Assembly: GCA_965112155.1 (NCBI GenBank)
Contig: OZ218099.1
From: Podarcis liolepis
Lineage: Eukaryota
Reading direction: 5' to 3' (one strand)
DNA length: 64,000 nucleotides
Each line of letters opens with the position of its first letter. The first letter of the stretch is position 1. The translations under genes and the position numbers were made by a program. The notes beneath the pieces were generated by a model. It did not search any database. It saw only the letters and a program-made list of their open reading frames with translations, and was not told the DNA's origin. Shown piece by piece: positions 24,159-37,251 of this stretch.

Positions 24159-24859
24159 CACCACACCCTTAAAAGTCCACAGTTCACATTTTAGATGGGA
24201 AACAGATCCGCAGCAACTCTAAGGAATATACTGTACCGGTAAGCCCAGCTCTTTAGACTCCCAGACCTGTACTCTGTTACACTGGATGTCCCAGCAAACA
24301 TTCTATCATGGGTACTCCACAATACCAAGAAATAGACAACCTTATAAAAAACCTAGCAAACTGTGATTCCCAGCGACCTTTCATGAGGTTGTAGCTGGTT
24401 CCATTGGTTCCCTATCTGCGCTTCCTAGTTTCCTATTTGATTCAACAGGTCGGACCTAGCAGAAGCCAGTGCGACAGCTCCCACTAGTGCAATTCCCTGC
24501 AGTGCAATGCATCCTGCTCCGGAGTGTGGGGAGAACCCCCAGAACAGTGCAGGCAGGGGGTTGGGGAGACGCGAGAAAAGGCGGCATATAAATGCAACAA
24601 GTACACAAATTCTAAAGAAGCACAAAGGAAACCCAAGCGCAGGCAGGAAAAAATGCTCTTCCGTATTTGGAGCATTTCAGCTCCGGCTGGTCTTCAAGTG
24701 TGAGAGGTACGTGCCGTAGAATCACAGAACTGTAGAGTTGGACTCAGAGGGTCATCTACTCCAACCCCTGCAGTAATATTTTGCTCCCCGCGGAACTTGC
24801 ACCCAGGACCCTGAGTTTAAGAGCCTCAGGTTCTATTGACTGAGCAGCATCTTCTAACA

Positions 24860-25700
24860 CCCCTCCGACCCCGTCATGACTCCCGGACATGCTCCCTAGT
24901 CCCCATCAAAGCTGAGTGGAGATGCACGAATAGGGAACGTCCGAAATATCATTGACGGCCAGGCGGTGCGGATACTGAGCTCGGGCAGCGCTTTGGTGCC
25001 CTCGCGCATGCGCGAGCAAGGAAAAGCCGCGAGGCAAAACAAGCACAGCGGGCAAAAGCGGAGCCGTGTCTTTGCGGTGGGCGGAGGAGGAGGATGATAA
25101 TATGGTGGCCTGGTTGGTCCTTTCGGCGCGTGCGCACTGCGGTGTTTGTGTATTCTGGCTGCGCGGTGGCGGCAGCGTCGGCGGCTCCGGGGGAGGGGGG
25201 GAAGATGGCGGCGTCCTCGCTGGAGCAGAAACTGTCCCGCTTGGAGGCCAAGCTGAAGCAGGAGAACAGGGAGGCCCGGAGGCGCATCGACCTCAACTTG
25301 GACATCAGTCCGGCCCGGACTCGGCCTAGTAAGGGAGGCTTTGAGGGGGAAACGGGGGCGGCGGCGGCGGCAGGGGAGGCTCCGCGGCAGGCCCCCCCCC
25401 CTTGGGCGACTGACACGGGCCCGCCTGGGCAGGAGCCCCGGGGCCGGAGGGATGCGGGGCGGGGATGGGAAGAGCCGAGCTGCCCCGGAGAGGGGCCGGT
25501 AGGGAAAGGTCCTCCCGGAGAAGCGAAGGGGTCGAGAAACCCGGGGCGGGGAAACAAGGGGGCTCTTGTTTACTACGGAGCCTGGGGGAGGCGGAGGCCC
25601 AAGGCACACCGGGGCAGGGAGAAAGAAGAGCGAGGGGAAAGGTAAAGAATCCCGTGGGGAAGGGACTTGGAGGAAGGCGTGGGCGTGGGGGGCGGGGAAG
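24860..25700. promoter_or_regulatory. CpG island / MAP2K7 promoter with NRF1-like and YY1-like motifs
   Basis: CpG-rich. Palindrome CTCGCGCATGCGCGAG at 25001-25016 and GCGCGTGCGCA at 25126-25136 match the NRF1 consensus. AAGATGGCGGC at 25202-25212 matches the YY1 consensus and overlaps the start codon. Confidence 0.75.
25205..25328 (+). CDS. MAP2K7: MAP2K7 exon 1
   Basis: MAASSLEQKLSRLEAKLKQENREARRRIDLNLDISPARTRP; 124 nt, donor gtaagg at 25329. Confidence 0.95.
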
Positions 25701-28700
25701 AGTTTGAGAAGGAAGAAACATGTAGGGAACAGAGTTGGGACCTAGTGCCCGGGCTATGATCTGCGTGTGGGTTTTTATAGGAGGACTCGGCAGAAGGAGA
25801 AGAAATGAGTGTAGCAGTTGGGGGCACCGACAGGAGGTCATTGGGAACCTTAGATTAATTGATCTTCTTGGGGGTGGGAAACCACCTGTGTCTTGAGCTT
25901 ATGATGTGATGGCGTTAGTGGACCGTGGTTCTTTGAGATTTTCTTTAAAACTGAGGACAGTACTTAGAGCTCAGAGTTGCTTTACTGGGGCCAAGAGGAG
26001 TTCCCATGCACTGTATTCTGATTAGAAAAATTGATATACGAGGAGTTATGCTGTAACTGTTATACTGAAGGATGTAAAAGTGGATTTAGGATCCCCCAAT
26101 TGCCACATTATAACTATGTTTTTAAAGTTAGGGAAGTCTAAGCAACTGCTCACACCCTGCAGTGGAGAGGGAGGAGGGGTGGGTTAGGAATACCATGAAA
26201 TAGCGATATGCTGTGCTCAGAAATGTCCCCAAGTGTATGCTTCTCTAGATCAGGTTCCTGTCATTTGCTGGACTAGTATCTTTTTGTAAACGAAGAAGTT
26301 CACAAGAGCTCTTTATTTAAGTTCTAACTTAAATACAGGGAAGTTCCATATTGTGTATATAGCAGTGCTTCCAAAACTGATATGGTTTCCCCACCCCATA
26401 TTGGATTAAAATTGAATGCATCTTTCACCCTTTACTCAGATGTGTGTCAGAAATCCTTCTTGTGTCATAGTCTAGTTAATAGTGCATCTTGGTTTACTGT
26501 TTCTGTTTAGTTATCTTCATTGGTGTTTCCAGGAAGACCAAGCACTTGCCAATTGTACCATGGACTATGGCAAGGACTTACCTGTAGCCTCCATATGCTG
26601 AGGGTGTATAGACAGGTGTATATAGACAGGTGTAGGCATCCAATATGGTGAATTAATTTTTTCAAGACACACTTCAGCCTCTCTCATGACACATTAGATG
26701 CTCCAGCATGCAGTTTGGGAATCACTGATGGCAAGATGTGAATATATTCACTTGAGAAGAGAGCTGAGGGAAGAACTTACTTATTTGGCATATTTATAGG
26801 CCTCCCTTTAATAAAGTTGTCAGGGTTGTTCACAGCCAGTAAAGCTCAATCAGTAGAGTATGGGTCAAAACCTACAAACTTGAGCTACTGGTTTTGAACA
26901 GACTAAAATTTTCATGATCAACCAACAGCCCAAGTTTTTATGCTTACTATACCTGTTTGACCCATATTTTGAGATACAGAGCTGAAATTTAACATGGAGT
27001 TAATAATTTTTTGTACCACTGAAGGATTTCCCCCTGTAATTGTATTGTATTGTTACTAGTTTACTTGGCACACAGGACAAAATATTAGAAAGTGTGTTGA
27101 TAACATGTATAAGTTTGTCATAAGCAACATAGAATGTATATTACAATGATAGTGACATTGAAAAGTTTTAGAATATTTTAAAGTCTGATTTCTAATTGTT
27201 TGGTAGTAGATTATTCTAGCTGTATAGTCTTTCTCTGTGAATAAGGCACTTACCTGTGTGGCCAAGGTGAAATTGCCAGGGCAAGAGTGAAATGAACAAC
27301 AAATCTAAATCATAATTTTTTTCTGACAAGCCAATGGCTTAATATGTTGATCAGAGTACCTCTGATAGTCATTCTATGGTTGGAGCAAATCTCCAATTAT
27401 AACATCTGAGACTTAAGCATGCACAGCTCAAAGTTTTGGTGCAGACACAGGGCTCTTACCTGTGCAGGTAGGTACACTCTACCCCATTCAGTATAGTGCC
27501 TGGGATGTCTCTGTCCCTACGTTTGCCTCTACTGCATGCATTTGCCTGCTGCTGGAGCAGAATCCAGAAGTAGCTATGTCACTGAGAAAGGGAGAAGATT
27601 TCCCTTTAAAGTCAGTCAGAGGAGGAAAAATGTGAAGCTCATCTGTTCCTCACTGCTTTTAAAGTTGAATTACCTCTGGAGCATGGGAGCTATTTCAACA
27701 CTGTCTGGACCTCCAGTGCCGTGATAATGTGCACAAACAAACATCATGTGAGTGGATGCTTATTTATTAATTTTGATGGTTTATGTCCCACCTTTCAATC
27801 AAACAATTTTCAAGGCAACTTACAAGCAGGAGGTAACAATACAACCCCCCACCCCCAATTCACACATACAATCTAGCAGCTGCTGGATGGCACCAGAGCT
27901 TGCTTTTCATCAGCTCTCTAGTCTCAGGGCAACTGGCAATTGAAGTTGAGTGTTCTTTCTAGAAGCAAGGGGGAGGGAGGAAGCAAATTCCGGCAGCTGC
28001 TCATTCTCTGGCTGATGAATGGGGCCAGACTGGTCTCCCTTTTGCCTTACTTCCTGTGAGGCAGGGGGTGCAGGTTCCCAGTGGCCCTGCTGTCCTGGCC
28101 AGAGACAGAATGGGATTCTCTTCTGTTTTCTGGTCCTTGTATTACATGATCTCTGCTGAGATTGAAATTGGAATGTGGTTGTTTCTTATCCTGGTGGTGT
28201 GGGAAGTAATTATATTATCCCATGCACCCACGTGGTTCTTGTATCTACATAGTACTGGGGTTTTCTGAATCCAGGATATAGACGAGCAGTTCCAATAGTG
28301 TAATGCTAATATTTGAATTGTTCTTTAATATCCAATAAAGAACAAAGAGCAGATTCAGTTTTGTGCCACTTTTCAAATCAGCTCACCTGGTGTAAGATGT
28401 CGGGGGCGGGGGATGGGAAGGGATGCTTTAGCTCCTACAACTAGTTGTGGGTTTAATGTGAGTGTAAAGCTTTCTGGTTCCACTTTCCATTGTGGTTTTG
28501 TGGCTTGGATGTAGCTTCTTTCAATCCTGAGTCTAGAAGCTAGAAGTGGAGATTACACTGTGTATGTCACCATAGGTTAGTAGGTTATGTGTGTGTAATT
28601 AGTTAGGGGAGGTTTCTGATAACCCTTCCATGTATTCAGAGACTATGTGAGGAGGATTGTGGGGCTGCATGAGCTAATCCTGGCTCTATTGCAGCATCTA

Positions 28701-30620
28701 GCAGCCCTGTACCCCACACTTTATTATGTGAAAAGAGGCTTGCTATGCACATAATAATAATAATAGTTATTTATTTGCTACCCATCTGACTGGGTTACCC
28801 AACACTGTGGGAGGCTTCCAACAAAATAGGGAACCACGGTAAAACATCAGTCGTGTGCATCAAGGTTCTCCACATAAGTTGGGATCTTGATGCACAGATG
28901 TTGGTATATTTGTAGAGCCCCTTCTATTGTGTGCTAATTGCAGGTGAGTGGGTCTTCCTGCTGTGTAAGTGGCAAGAGGCAATTCCTGCTCATGTGGTTC
29001 TGCAAACCCCTTAACTTTGAACACATGGGGAGAGTCCTTGAACTAACCCCCCATCCAATTGAATAGCCATTTCTGATCTAGGCTTTCTAAATATTTATTC
29101 AATGTACTTCTGTTCAGGTCACATTCTGTCTTTCTGAAATCTTGTATGCTTACTTTTCACACATTTGTGTGAGGGAGATAGTGTTCATGAATGCCTAATA
29201 ATGTACCCCATTAACCTTAAGAATGTTTACAAAATATTTCACAAGAGTGACAGAGTCATGGTCCTTCCCTAATTAAGAAGCATTTCTTCAGTAAGAATAG
29301 ATGCGACCTTCTTATATGGTATAGTGGAACTGGAACCAAGGTCTGTATCCTTTCTACTTCGTCGGATGATCCACAGCTATTTAACAGAGAAAGTCTAACT
29401 TACCAGATCGTAGAGGTAGAGGAGGTTTTGTATTTATTTAAAAAGGACAAGACATACACTTGGTTTCTCTAGTGGAACGAGACAAGGGTAGTGGAGGTGA
29501 GAGATTAAAAGGAGAAACAAAAGTTCAAATATGCTTTATGGAGAATCCAGATGCACCTCCAGGATTTTTCTTTTACACACTAGCCTCAAACTTAAGTGTA
29601 ATGTGAGTCTTTCAGTCTGCTTTATGCAGAATAAAAAGTTTTTATTGAAGGTGACTTTTATGAATTTCAACTCTTTCTATTTTGTTCTGGGTAGTCCACA
29701 AAGGCAACAAAAAGCTATTATGCACTTGATGTTTTTTGCCGTACTCTCAAGCTTCTGATATAAAATTCCTGAATTCTACACTGCACGTTGATTCACATTT
29801 CAGGCTATCACATCTCATTTTGCATGTAGGTATCCTTTTAGAGAATGAAATTTGAGAATGACTTATGTGGCCATGTCTTCATTATTGCAGGCTTTTTTAA
29901 AGAATATGTTAATAGTAGTTTCTTGTAGAATATGTGTAACTTCTGGTTTGTGCTGTTGGGTGCTTATATGCCAGATGTAAATGAACATGATGAAAATGGA
30001 GTGTTTGAAAGTTGCCTTGCTGAAATTAACTCTTTTAAAGCAGATCAGGTTAATCCATTTTAACTTAATAATGACAATTTAAGACACCTTTTAAAATTAT
30101 TAGCATGAGGCAAGTAGAATTTTGACAAGTTGCTACATTGGTATAGACTTCTCATACTTATAATACTTGTAACAATGCTCTTATGTAAAACACTTTTCAG
30201 TGATAATGTGATCATAGCAACTCTATAAAGTTGTATGTACAGTACCACTTTTAAGAAAGGGGCTGTAGTTTAGAGAGGTTTGCTTCCCAGTGTCTCTTAG
30301 TGAACCCATGACTAAAATGAGGGGGAAAGTAAAATGATGACTGAGACATGGCTTCTTGATTTATTTTATTAAGATGGTGAGAATCAGTTGTTTATTCAGG
30401 CTCTTACTTGCAAAAACAGAGTGGAAATTGGGATTCCTTATACATTTACAATTAATATTCACACTAAATGGTGGCTTAAATTTGAAGTTTTGAAGAGTAT
30501 AAAAGCCCAAGAGAATATATTTGGAAGTACAACTAGTTTTTTAATGTGAATGATGCCATCCTTGGTAGGCTATAAAACTGATTTCATTGTGACAGAAGTC
30601 CTACCAAATAATCCTTATGG

Positions 30621-31099
30621 CACAGTTTTTCAACCATTTGGGGTTCATGGCTCCCTTGACCAACTACATTCTTTGTGCGATACCCCTGTGGGGCTCAGGA
30701 GCCCAGTTATGTCACCCCTTGCCTGCCGAGCTGGCAGCTCCCTTTTGGAGGGCTCCCTCAGCCTCCTCTCTTCTCCCCATGGGAGTCCTCTGGGCATCTG
30801 CAGCTGCAGCCCCTGGTCTCTGAGCTGCCTCCCCTGCCCCAAAGAGAGCTGCCTCCTCTCACTGCCCCACAGGGGCCTGGGAAGCACGCCCTGGTCAGCT
30901 CCAGACACACCATTCACCTGGAAGCTTGTAGCCAAGGCTGCCGCAACAAACAACTGTGCAGACCTTTTGGAGGCAGAGATGTGAGAAAGCATCAGATGAA
31001 GGGAGGGAAAGAGGGACAGAGGCCAGTATTGCCCATGGCACTCCTGAACATCATTCAAGGCACCCCAGGGTGCCGTGGCACACTGATTGAAAACCACTG
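30621..31099. mobile_element. Non-autonomous hAT-type element, ~479 bp
   Basis: Degenerate TIRs cacagtttttcaacc / gattgaaaaccactg, with near-identical 8-bp flanks ccttatgg (30613-30620) and ccttatgc (31100-31107). Confidence 0.7.
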
Positions 31100-31385
31100 C
31101 CTTATGCCTCAGTCTGCAAGAAGCAATACCAGAGAGCTTTTCATTGTATATATATGATTTGATGTTATGAGCAGGTGTACTTTGTTTGCTGTTCATATTG
31201 CTTATAACATTATTTAGATCAGTAAGCCAGTTAATTAACCTCCATGTGTTATCATGAAGCAAAGCAAGGAGTTCATTTCCTATTTCAGATCTTGTTTCCT
31301 TTCAGGGCATGTAGTGGTGGTCCAACAGAATGAAAGAAGAAATAAGGTGATGGTTCAGAGATGGTTTTCTTTTGATAAGCTAGAG

Positions 31386-31524
31386 TATGGGTGGGGAACC
31401 TAAGGCCCTACAGAGGTTGTTGAAATACAGTTCCCATCATCCCTGACAATTGGCAGTGCTGTCTGGGTCTCATGGGAGTTGGAAGTCTGTTAACTTCTGG
31501 AGGAGCCCAGGTCCTTCATCCCTG
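31386..31524. mobile_element. Palindromic hAT-type MITE
   Basis: tatgggtggggaacc...ggtccttcatccctg with flanks agctagag / aggtagag. Same family as 23353-23490. Confidence 0.7.
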
Positions 31525-32600
31525 AGGTAGAGGCTGTTAGAGAAGATACTGTTTTTATCAGTTGTTTTTTAATCTCATTAGCTTTCAAAAGCAGGAGCAA
31601 TCATTTCTACTTCTTGGGGATCAACTAAAAACTTTGTGATTTTTTTTTTACCTTTTATTTTTTTCTTAGAGAATGGGCATATTTTATAACAAAAAAGAAA
31701 TTACTTGCGTGCATCAGTTGGGGTGGAAATCTTTTAGAAAGCAATTTTCAAGGGGAAATGAAGAGAAGTTATTAGCATCTGAGCACTTGGGTAAAAACTA
31801 GAATGCTTTGATACCTTAAAGTAGAAAATATTTTATAAGTTGCAGGGGCATAAGGTTTTGAATAAGGTGAGATGTTGCTTATGAGAGGTCTGTTTAACAT
31901 AAATAGAATCAAGGAGCATAATTTATGTTATCGTCTTTAGATTATCCTAGTCACCTCTTATGGTTCAAAATGCTGTTAGTAAACGTCATTTTGAGAGTAT
32001 AGCAAGATCATGACCTTTAAAGCAAGTCTTTATACTGTGTTCAGGCCTTGGAACATCACAGATAAAAGGTTTCCTAGGCATCTAGGAATATGAGATATTT
32101 GAACGGCATTGGTGCCGAAAAGAAGTGGAGTTTGATGCACATAATATAGTCAGCCAGGTGCAATCTTGGAACATAGACATTTGATGCTGGCTTTGAAAAA
32201 CTGGAGCTTTGCCCCGGGTACTTTAAGTACATTTCATGTATATCTATGATTGTGAAGTACTGGGCTAGATTGTTGATGAAGCCATAGTGAATGGGTTTTG
32301 CTTTCTGGAAGGAAGGAAGGCCATTGACCAGAACACTGCTGTGCAAGGGAATTGTTGACTAACAGAACAAGAACCATAGCCTTTTTTTCATGTTAGAAGC
32401 ACTAGGGATGTGAAACCTGTGGAATTGATTCGTTACTGTTTGATGCATCACATTTTCACCTTGTCTGTCCCCTTTGTTGGTTTCTTGTCACCTCCACTCT
32501 TTATCCTGAAATTGATTTGAATATGAGTTATTTTCATTTTGATGATTTGATTGTTTCTGTTGTGATTTATCGTGTTTTTTTCTTCCTTTTCCCAATCCAG

Positions 32601-32648
32601 TTATTGTGATCACTCTAAGCCCTGCTCCCGCTCCATCCCAACGTGCAG
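32601..32648 (+). CDS. MAP2K7: MAP2K7 cassette exon 2 (48 nt, IIVITLSPAPAPSQRA; gamma isoform)
   Basis: Acceptor ttcccaatccag, donor gtacca at 32649, symmetrical phase 1. The peptide matches the known MKK7 exon 2. Confidence 0.9.
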
Positions 32649-33888
32649 GTACCAGAACTTTTTATCATCGCAGCTTGGATTTCTTGCATCATTTATTTAA
32701 TGCTTCCTTCAACTGCATAGAATTGCCACTTGTCTGCTTCTCTTCCAAGTGTGTGTCTGACCCTGCTTCCTTCCCCACTTTCGTATTCTCCTTTACTATT
32801 GATCTAGCCTTACTTGCCAAGACTGGCTAGGCAAAGCGTATGTAAGGCCATGCATGAAAACATGTTTTGATTGTCCACAGCTGCAGTAGTTGCTTAGCAC
32901 CTTCCTTTCCTGATGATGTCAAAGCACTTTCTGAAGACAGGTAACCATTAAATTTTCACACTGGTATTTTCCGCCTTCTATCTTCCACCTTCCACTTTAA
33001 CGTGCCAGAGTCCTCAAGTGGCAAATGGCAGAAATTCATATTGCCATACATTTCCTTAGATTTTCCTGACTGGAAAGGCAATGTTGAAATGTCAACCTGC
33101 ATACAGCAAAATTAAGTAGGCTCTGCTTTTTGTGATGTGCAGTTGCCTCTGAGGTAGAACCCAGTAGCAGACTGTCAGTGCTGTTGCACACTAGTTTGCT
33201 TTAGGGCAGAAAGTCAAGACTGTCCTTTTAGTCAAGGGCAGCTGCTGTAGGGATTTTAAGATGGGAACAGAGTAGCCTTCCTTAGAGTTGAGCAGGGCTC
33301 AGATTTCTATGAAGCTCCTAGTAGTGTCTGCTGCATCCCACAACGGTGCCAGACTGTGTTTCTGATATAATCTCAGGAGGGCATATATTTATATGTATTT
33401 GTTACCTTTGTATGCCTCTTTCCCCCAAAAGAATTTTGATTACTATTAACAGGTTTTCCATGCAGATTCCTGTCTACGTATCATTTGGTCCCAAATATGC
33501 TAAGCTTCAGAGATGGACCTAAATGATCTATTTCAGACAATTCTCTGGACCAGTGTTATTCACTGGGGCTTTTATTGTACATGGAGTGCAGTAAATATAT
33601 AATTGCTACCTAAATAAGCTGTAATTGGATAAAATAAGGTCAGGTGAGAGATAGCTTTATTTTATTGTTGAAGAACATCCATTAAACAGTTAATAAAATT
33701 CAGTGAAGCACAGATCTAATGCCATACCCTACATGGGGTGGGAGTCTACAGCAGAAATAAAGCTAATTCCTCATTTTTTAGTTATTTGCTGCTGTTGCAT
33801 GGTGCTGGAATCTTCCCTGCCTCTTACAGAGAGCTGTCCTTGATCTTCTGGATGTTAAAATTATGCTCTGGAAGTTAAAAGAATTAAG

Positions 33889-33980
33889 ATTAATTCATTA
33901 ATCTTAATAAGAGACATCACTACAGCAATATTAATAAATATTGCTGTAGTGATGTCTCTTATTAAGATTAATGAATTAAT
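33889..33980. repeat. Perfect 44-bp inverted repeat with a 4-nt loop
   Basis: 33889-33932 is the exact reverse complement of 33937-33980; the loop is AATA. Confidence 0.95.
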
Positions 33981-34004
33981 TAGGTTCTGGGCATATTGGT
34001 GCTT

Positions 34005-34110
34005 ATAGAATCATAGGATCAAAAACTGTAGAGTCGGAAAGGACCCTGAGGGTTATCTCGTCCAACCCCTTGCAATGCAGGAATCTCAACCAGAGCATCC
34101 ATGGCAGATT
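34005..34110 (-). mobile_element. CR1-type 3' end fragment
   Basis: atagaatcatag...gtagagtcggaaaggaccctgagggttatctcgtccaaccccttgcaatgcaggaa is the reverse complement of the 22255-22336 type. Similar pieces at ~7779-7890 and ~24716-24772. Confidence 0.6.
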
Positions 34111-35627
34111 GGACAAGTCCATGGTAGTACATGAAGAGGGTTGCACTGTAAATGTTAAAGTCACAGTCTTGGCATAGCCTATCATGCCAAGTGTTTTCTT
34201 TAGTTTATGCAAATGGGTTTCTTCACCTTCTACCCTGAGCTACTTTAGCTGTGCATTGTGAAATAGCTACTGCATTGTTTTTCTACCCTAGAGGCAGCAG
34301 TCTTTGAGTATAGAAAGTACAGAGACCAGTCTGCCATTTTATCTAGTGGGTGCTTGCCTTACAGTGCTTTGAAGCCTTTCAGGATGGGAATGTGTTTCAT
34401 TAGATTACCTTCCAATGCTTTCCAGTCTTGCCTACCACTAGCTCTTACCTGTGCTTTTGTGCTATGCCACTCGTCTTTGCAGCTGCCATCCAGCAGAATT
34501 TCTTACCCTTCCATTTTCAAGTAGTTATTATTCTAACACTTTCTTCTGAAAGCAGCAAATTGATAGTTTGTATGATTATTAGGTTTAAGCATGTGTTACT
34601 CTTGACTTGCCAGTTCATGGTAGCCATCTGAAGTGCACATGGTACAGGCAACTCATTATTCACCAAGGTTAACTATTCAACCAGAGCAGCTTGCGAGCAA
34701 GGTGGGTTAGTTTTACTTGAGTCTGCACACCTGATAGGGTACTGCCACAAAATCCCATCTCAGCTCCAACTTTTTGGCTTCATTTTTTTCAATTATTTAT
34801 TGGAAAACTTAATTTTAGTTAATTTCTCTTATATTTGAGTGAATGGAAAGATTCCAGCTTTAACTTTGAATTGTTTTTTTCTATTGTGGCTGTATAGAAA
34901 GTTTAAAATATGACCACTGTGTCTTTTATTGCCTAGAGGTCTAATGGCAAAGAACAATCCCACAAACATTATTTTGTAAGCTGTCTATTGAATTGGCAGA
35001 TGGAGAAACTTAGGTGACACTTGCAAATATATAGGATTGGCAACTACCTGTATAAAATACATTAGCTGTGTCTCAAAAAACATGTTGCTACCTGAAATTC
35101 TACATGTGAGAGACCACTGGGACTTTAAAAGCAGACATGCCTAGGATTTTTCTGTAAATGGTTTACTTCCATGTCTTCTTTCTGGGTAAATGTAGTCAAA
35201 GAGGAACATGGCAGCTTGCTGCTTGAATTCCAAATGAATTCATGGATCATATTGCTGGATAGTGAGTGAGACATTTTGCAATTTAAATGGTGCAGTGCCA
35301 CTTTTCCTCTCTGGTATACTTCTCCAGTGATGGATGGACTGTTTGTTTTTAAATGGATATTCAGAATCTTTATTCTTTTCATTAAGGTAGAAGTGAAAAC
35401 GCATATAAGCTATATGCATTTTGGGTTGCAGGCAACAATATAGGCTTGAGTCATTTCACTAAGTACTGCTGTACAGCCACTTTCTAAGCCAGGGTTGCGG
35501 GATCTTGTTGGATTCTAATGAGCCCCAACCAGCATGGCCAGTGGTGAGGGATGATGGATGTTGTGGTCCAGGAACATCTGGAGAGCCACAAGTTCTGCAT
35601 CCTCTTCTGTGGGACAGCATGCTGCAT

Positions 35628-35628
<1 letters not shown>

Positions 35629-35684
<56 letters not shown>
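35629..35684. repeat. (TAA)n microsatellite
   Basis: Directly visible; source of the spurious poly-I and poly-N ORFs. Confidence 0.9.
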
Positions 35685-36954
35685 TTTATACCCCACCCAT
35701 CTGGCTGAGTTTCCCCAGCCATTTCATTTGGGATAGGTAGTAGAATGCTTGGTGTTAAAAATGACCAGGTTTTGGAGGATGGGGAGATTAGGAAGATAGA
35801 ATGCAGCTGCTAGAATTAAAATAAAACCATTTTTGTGCTTCATTATGGAAGGAAAGTTTCCAGAGCACAAGGACGCAGGCCCACATTTTTCAGCTAGCTT
35901 GCAGTTTCTGCAACCTGAAACTGCTCTTATCCCTCTACAGATGATTCTGTGCCATGCTCTAGTTAGCTTTTTCATTCAAATGCTGTCTTGGCCTTTGCCT
36001 GCTTAGCTTGTCTTCCCAATCACAAGAGGCCTGAGTTATGAAAGGCCTATAGATTGTTGTCTTGGAGGGTAAAAGATAGAGAAGCACTTGCAGTCCAGCA
36101 GCGGAACGGCAGGTTGGAGGTAGACATTATTAAAATGGCCCTTCTAGGCAATACTGTTTTTAAAGTCTCCTTGTGTGAAAATAACCTTTTCCTCCCATTG
36201 TTATGGAAGTCTTGCCTACTGCCCGCATCACAACCATTGGAGAATAAACAATTTCAAATATCCCCAAATGAAAAAAAAATCCATACAAATTGAGCAACGA
36301 TGACAAATTATGCCACTTGATTTTATTTGCATACATTATTTCACAGGGATGAACTGTAGATTGTATTTTTTAAAGAAAATTAAGCAGAGAATTCAAGATT
36401 GCTTGCTTATATAGAGACCAGCTTGGCCTTATATAGCAAAAAATCACTCCTTCGCAGAAATGTAACAGACCAATGATGCTTCAGTGTATTTGTGACTCTG
36501 GAATGCTACCACGTGAAGGCTGTTTCAGTCACTAGAAGTAAAAAAAACCCCTTGAGATAACATGCTTTCTTCCTTTTGTCACTTCCATTGCCAGGCCTAT
36601 TTTTCTTTGTAAAAGTTTTTTTTTTTTTAAATACACATTCAAATAGAAAGCTAAAAGGAAGTGTTAAGTCTAGTCTTCATTCTCATTCCCTGTGTGGGTG
36701 GTTGGCGTTCCTTGAACCTCACTCATAATCATATCTGTAATTTGCTTGGCACAGGATTAACTCAGTATATGTCAGGAAGAAACAGGATCAAGTGATGGAA
36801 TTTTATCCATTTACTTAGAACCATTGAAATTGGTCACCTTAAGTTGGTCAAGTCCATTAATTTCAGTGATATGACTAACATTGGATATAAATCACTGTCT
36901 CTAAAGTACCTTCCATAAAAAGGCAGCCTATCTCCATGGCCCATGAAGAATGTA

Positions 36955-37251
36955 CAGTGGTGCCTCGCAAGACGAAATTAATCCGTTCCGCGAGTCTCTT
37001 CGTCTTGCGGTTTTTTCGTCTTGCGAAGCATGGCTATTAGCGGCTTAGCGGCTATTAACGGCTTAGCGGCTATTAAAGGCTTAGCAGCTTTAAGAAAAAG
37101 GAAACAAACTCGCAAGAACTTGCAAGACGTTTCGTCTTGCGAAGCAAGCCCATAGGGAAATTCGTCTTGCAGAACGACTCAAAAAACAGAAAACTCTTTC
37201 GTCTTGATCGTTTTTTGTCTTGCGGGGCATTTGTCTTGCGAGGTACCACTG
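36955..37251. mobile_element. Tc1/mariner (pogo/Tigger-like) MITE, 297 bp
   Basis: TIRs cagtggtgcctcgcaagac / gtcttgcgaggtaccactg with TA flanks, plus internal repeats ttcgtcttgcg and gctatta..ggcttagc. Confidence 0.85.

Noticed and set aside
24896-25841. Long antisense ORFs (237, 202 and 171 aa) and an in-frame upstream ATG at 25094
   Set aside because: CpG-island artefacts. The conserved MKK7 N-terminus begins at 25205 in strong Kozak context, and 25094 probably lies upstream of or near the TSS.
30550-31262. ORFs of 144-205 aa in MAP2K7 intron 1
   Set aside because: They coincide with a GC-rich non-autonomous hAT element and show no transposase or other motifs.
36990-37240. Regularly recurring short repeats resembling an array
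   Set aside because: They are internal repeats of a TA-flanked MITE, not CRISPR (eukaryotic DNA, no constant repeat-spacer structure).
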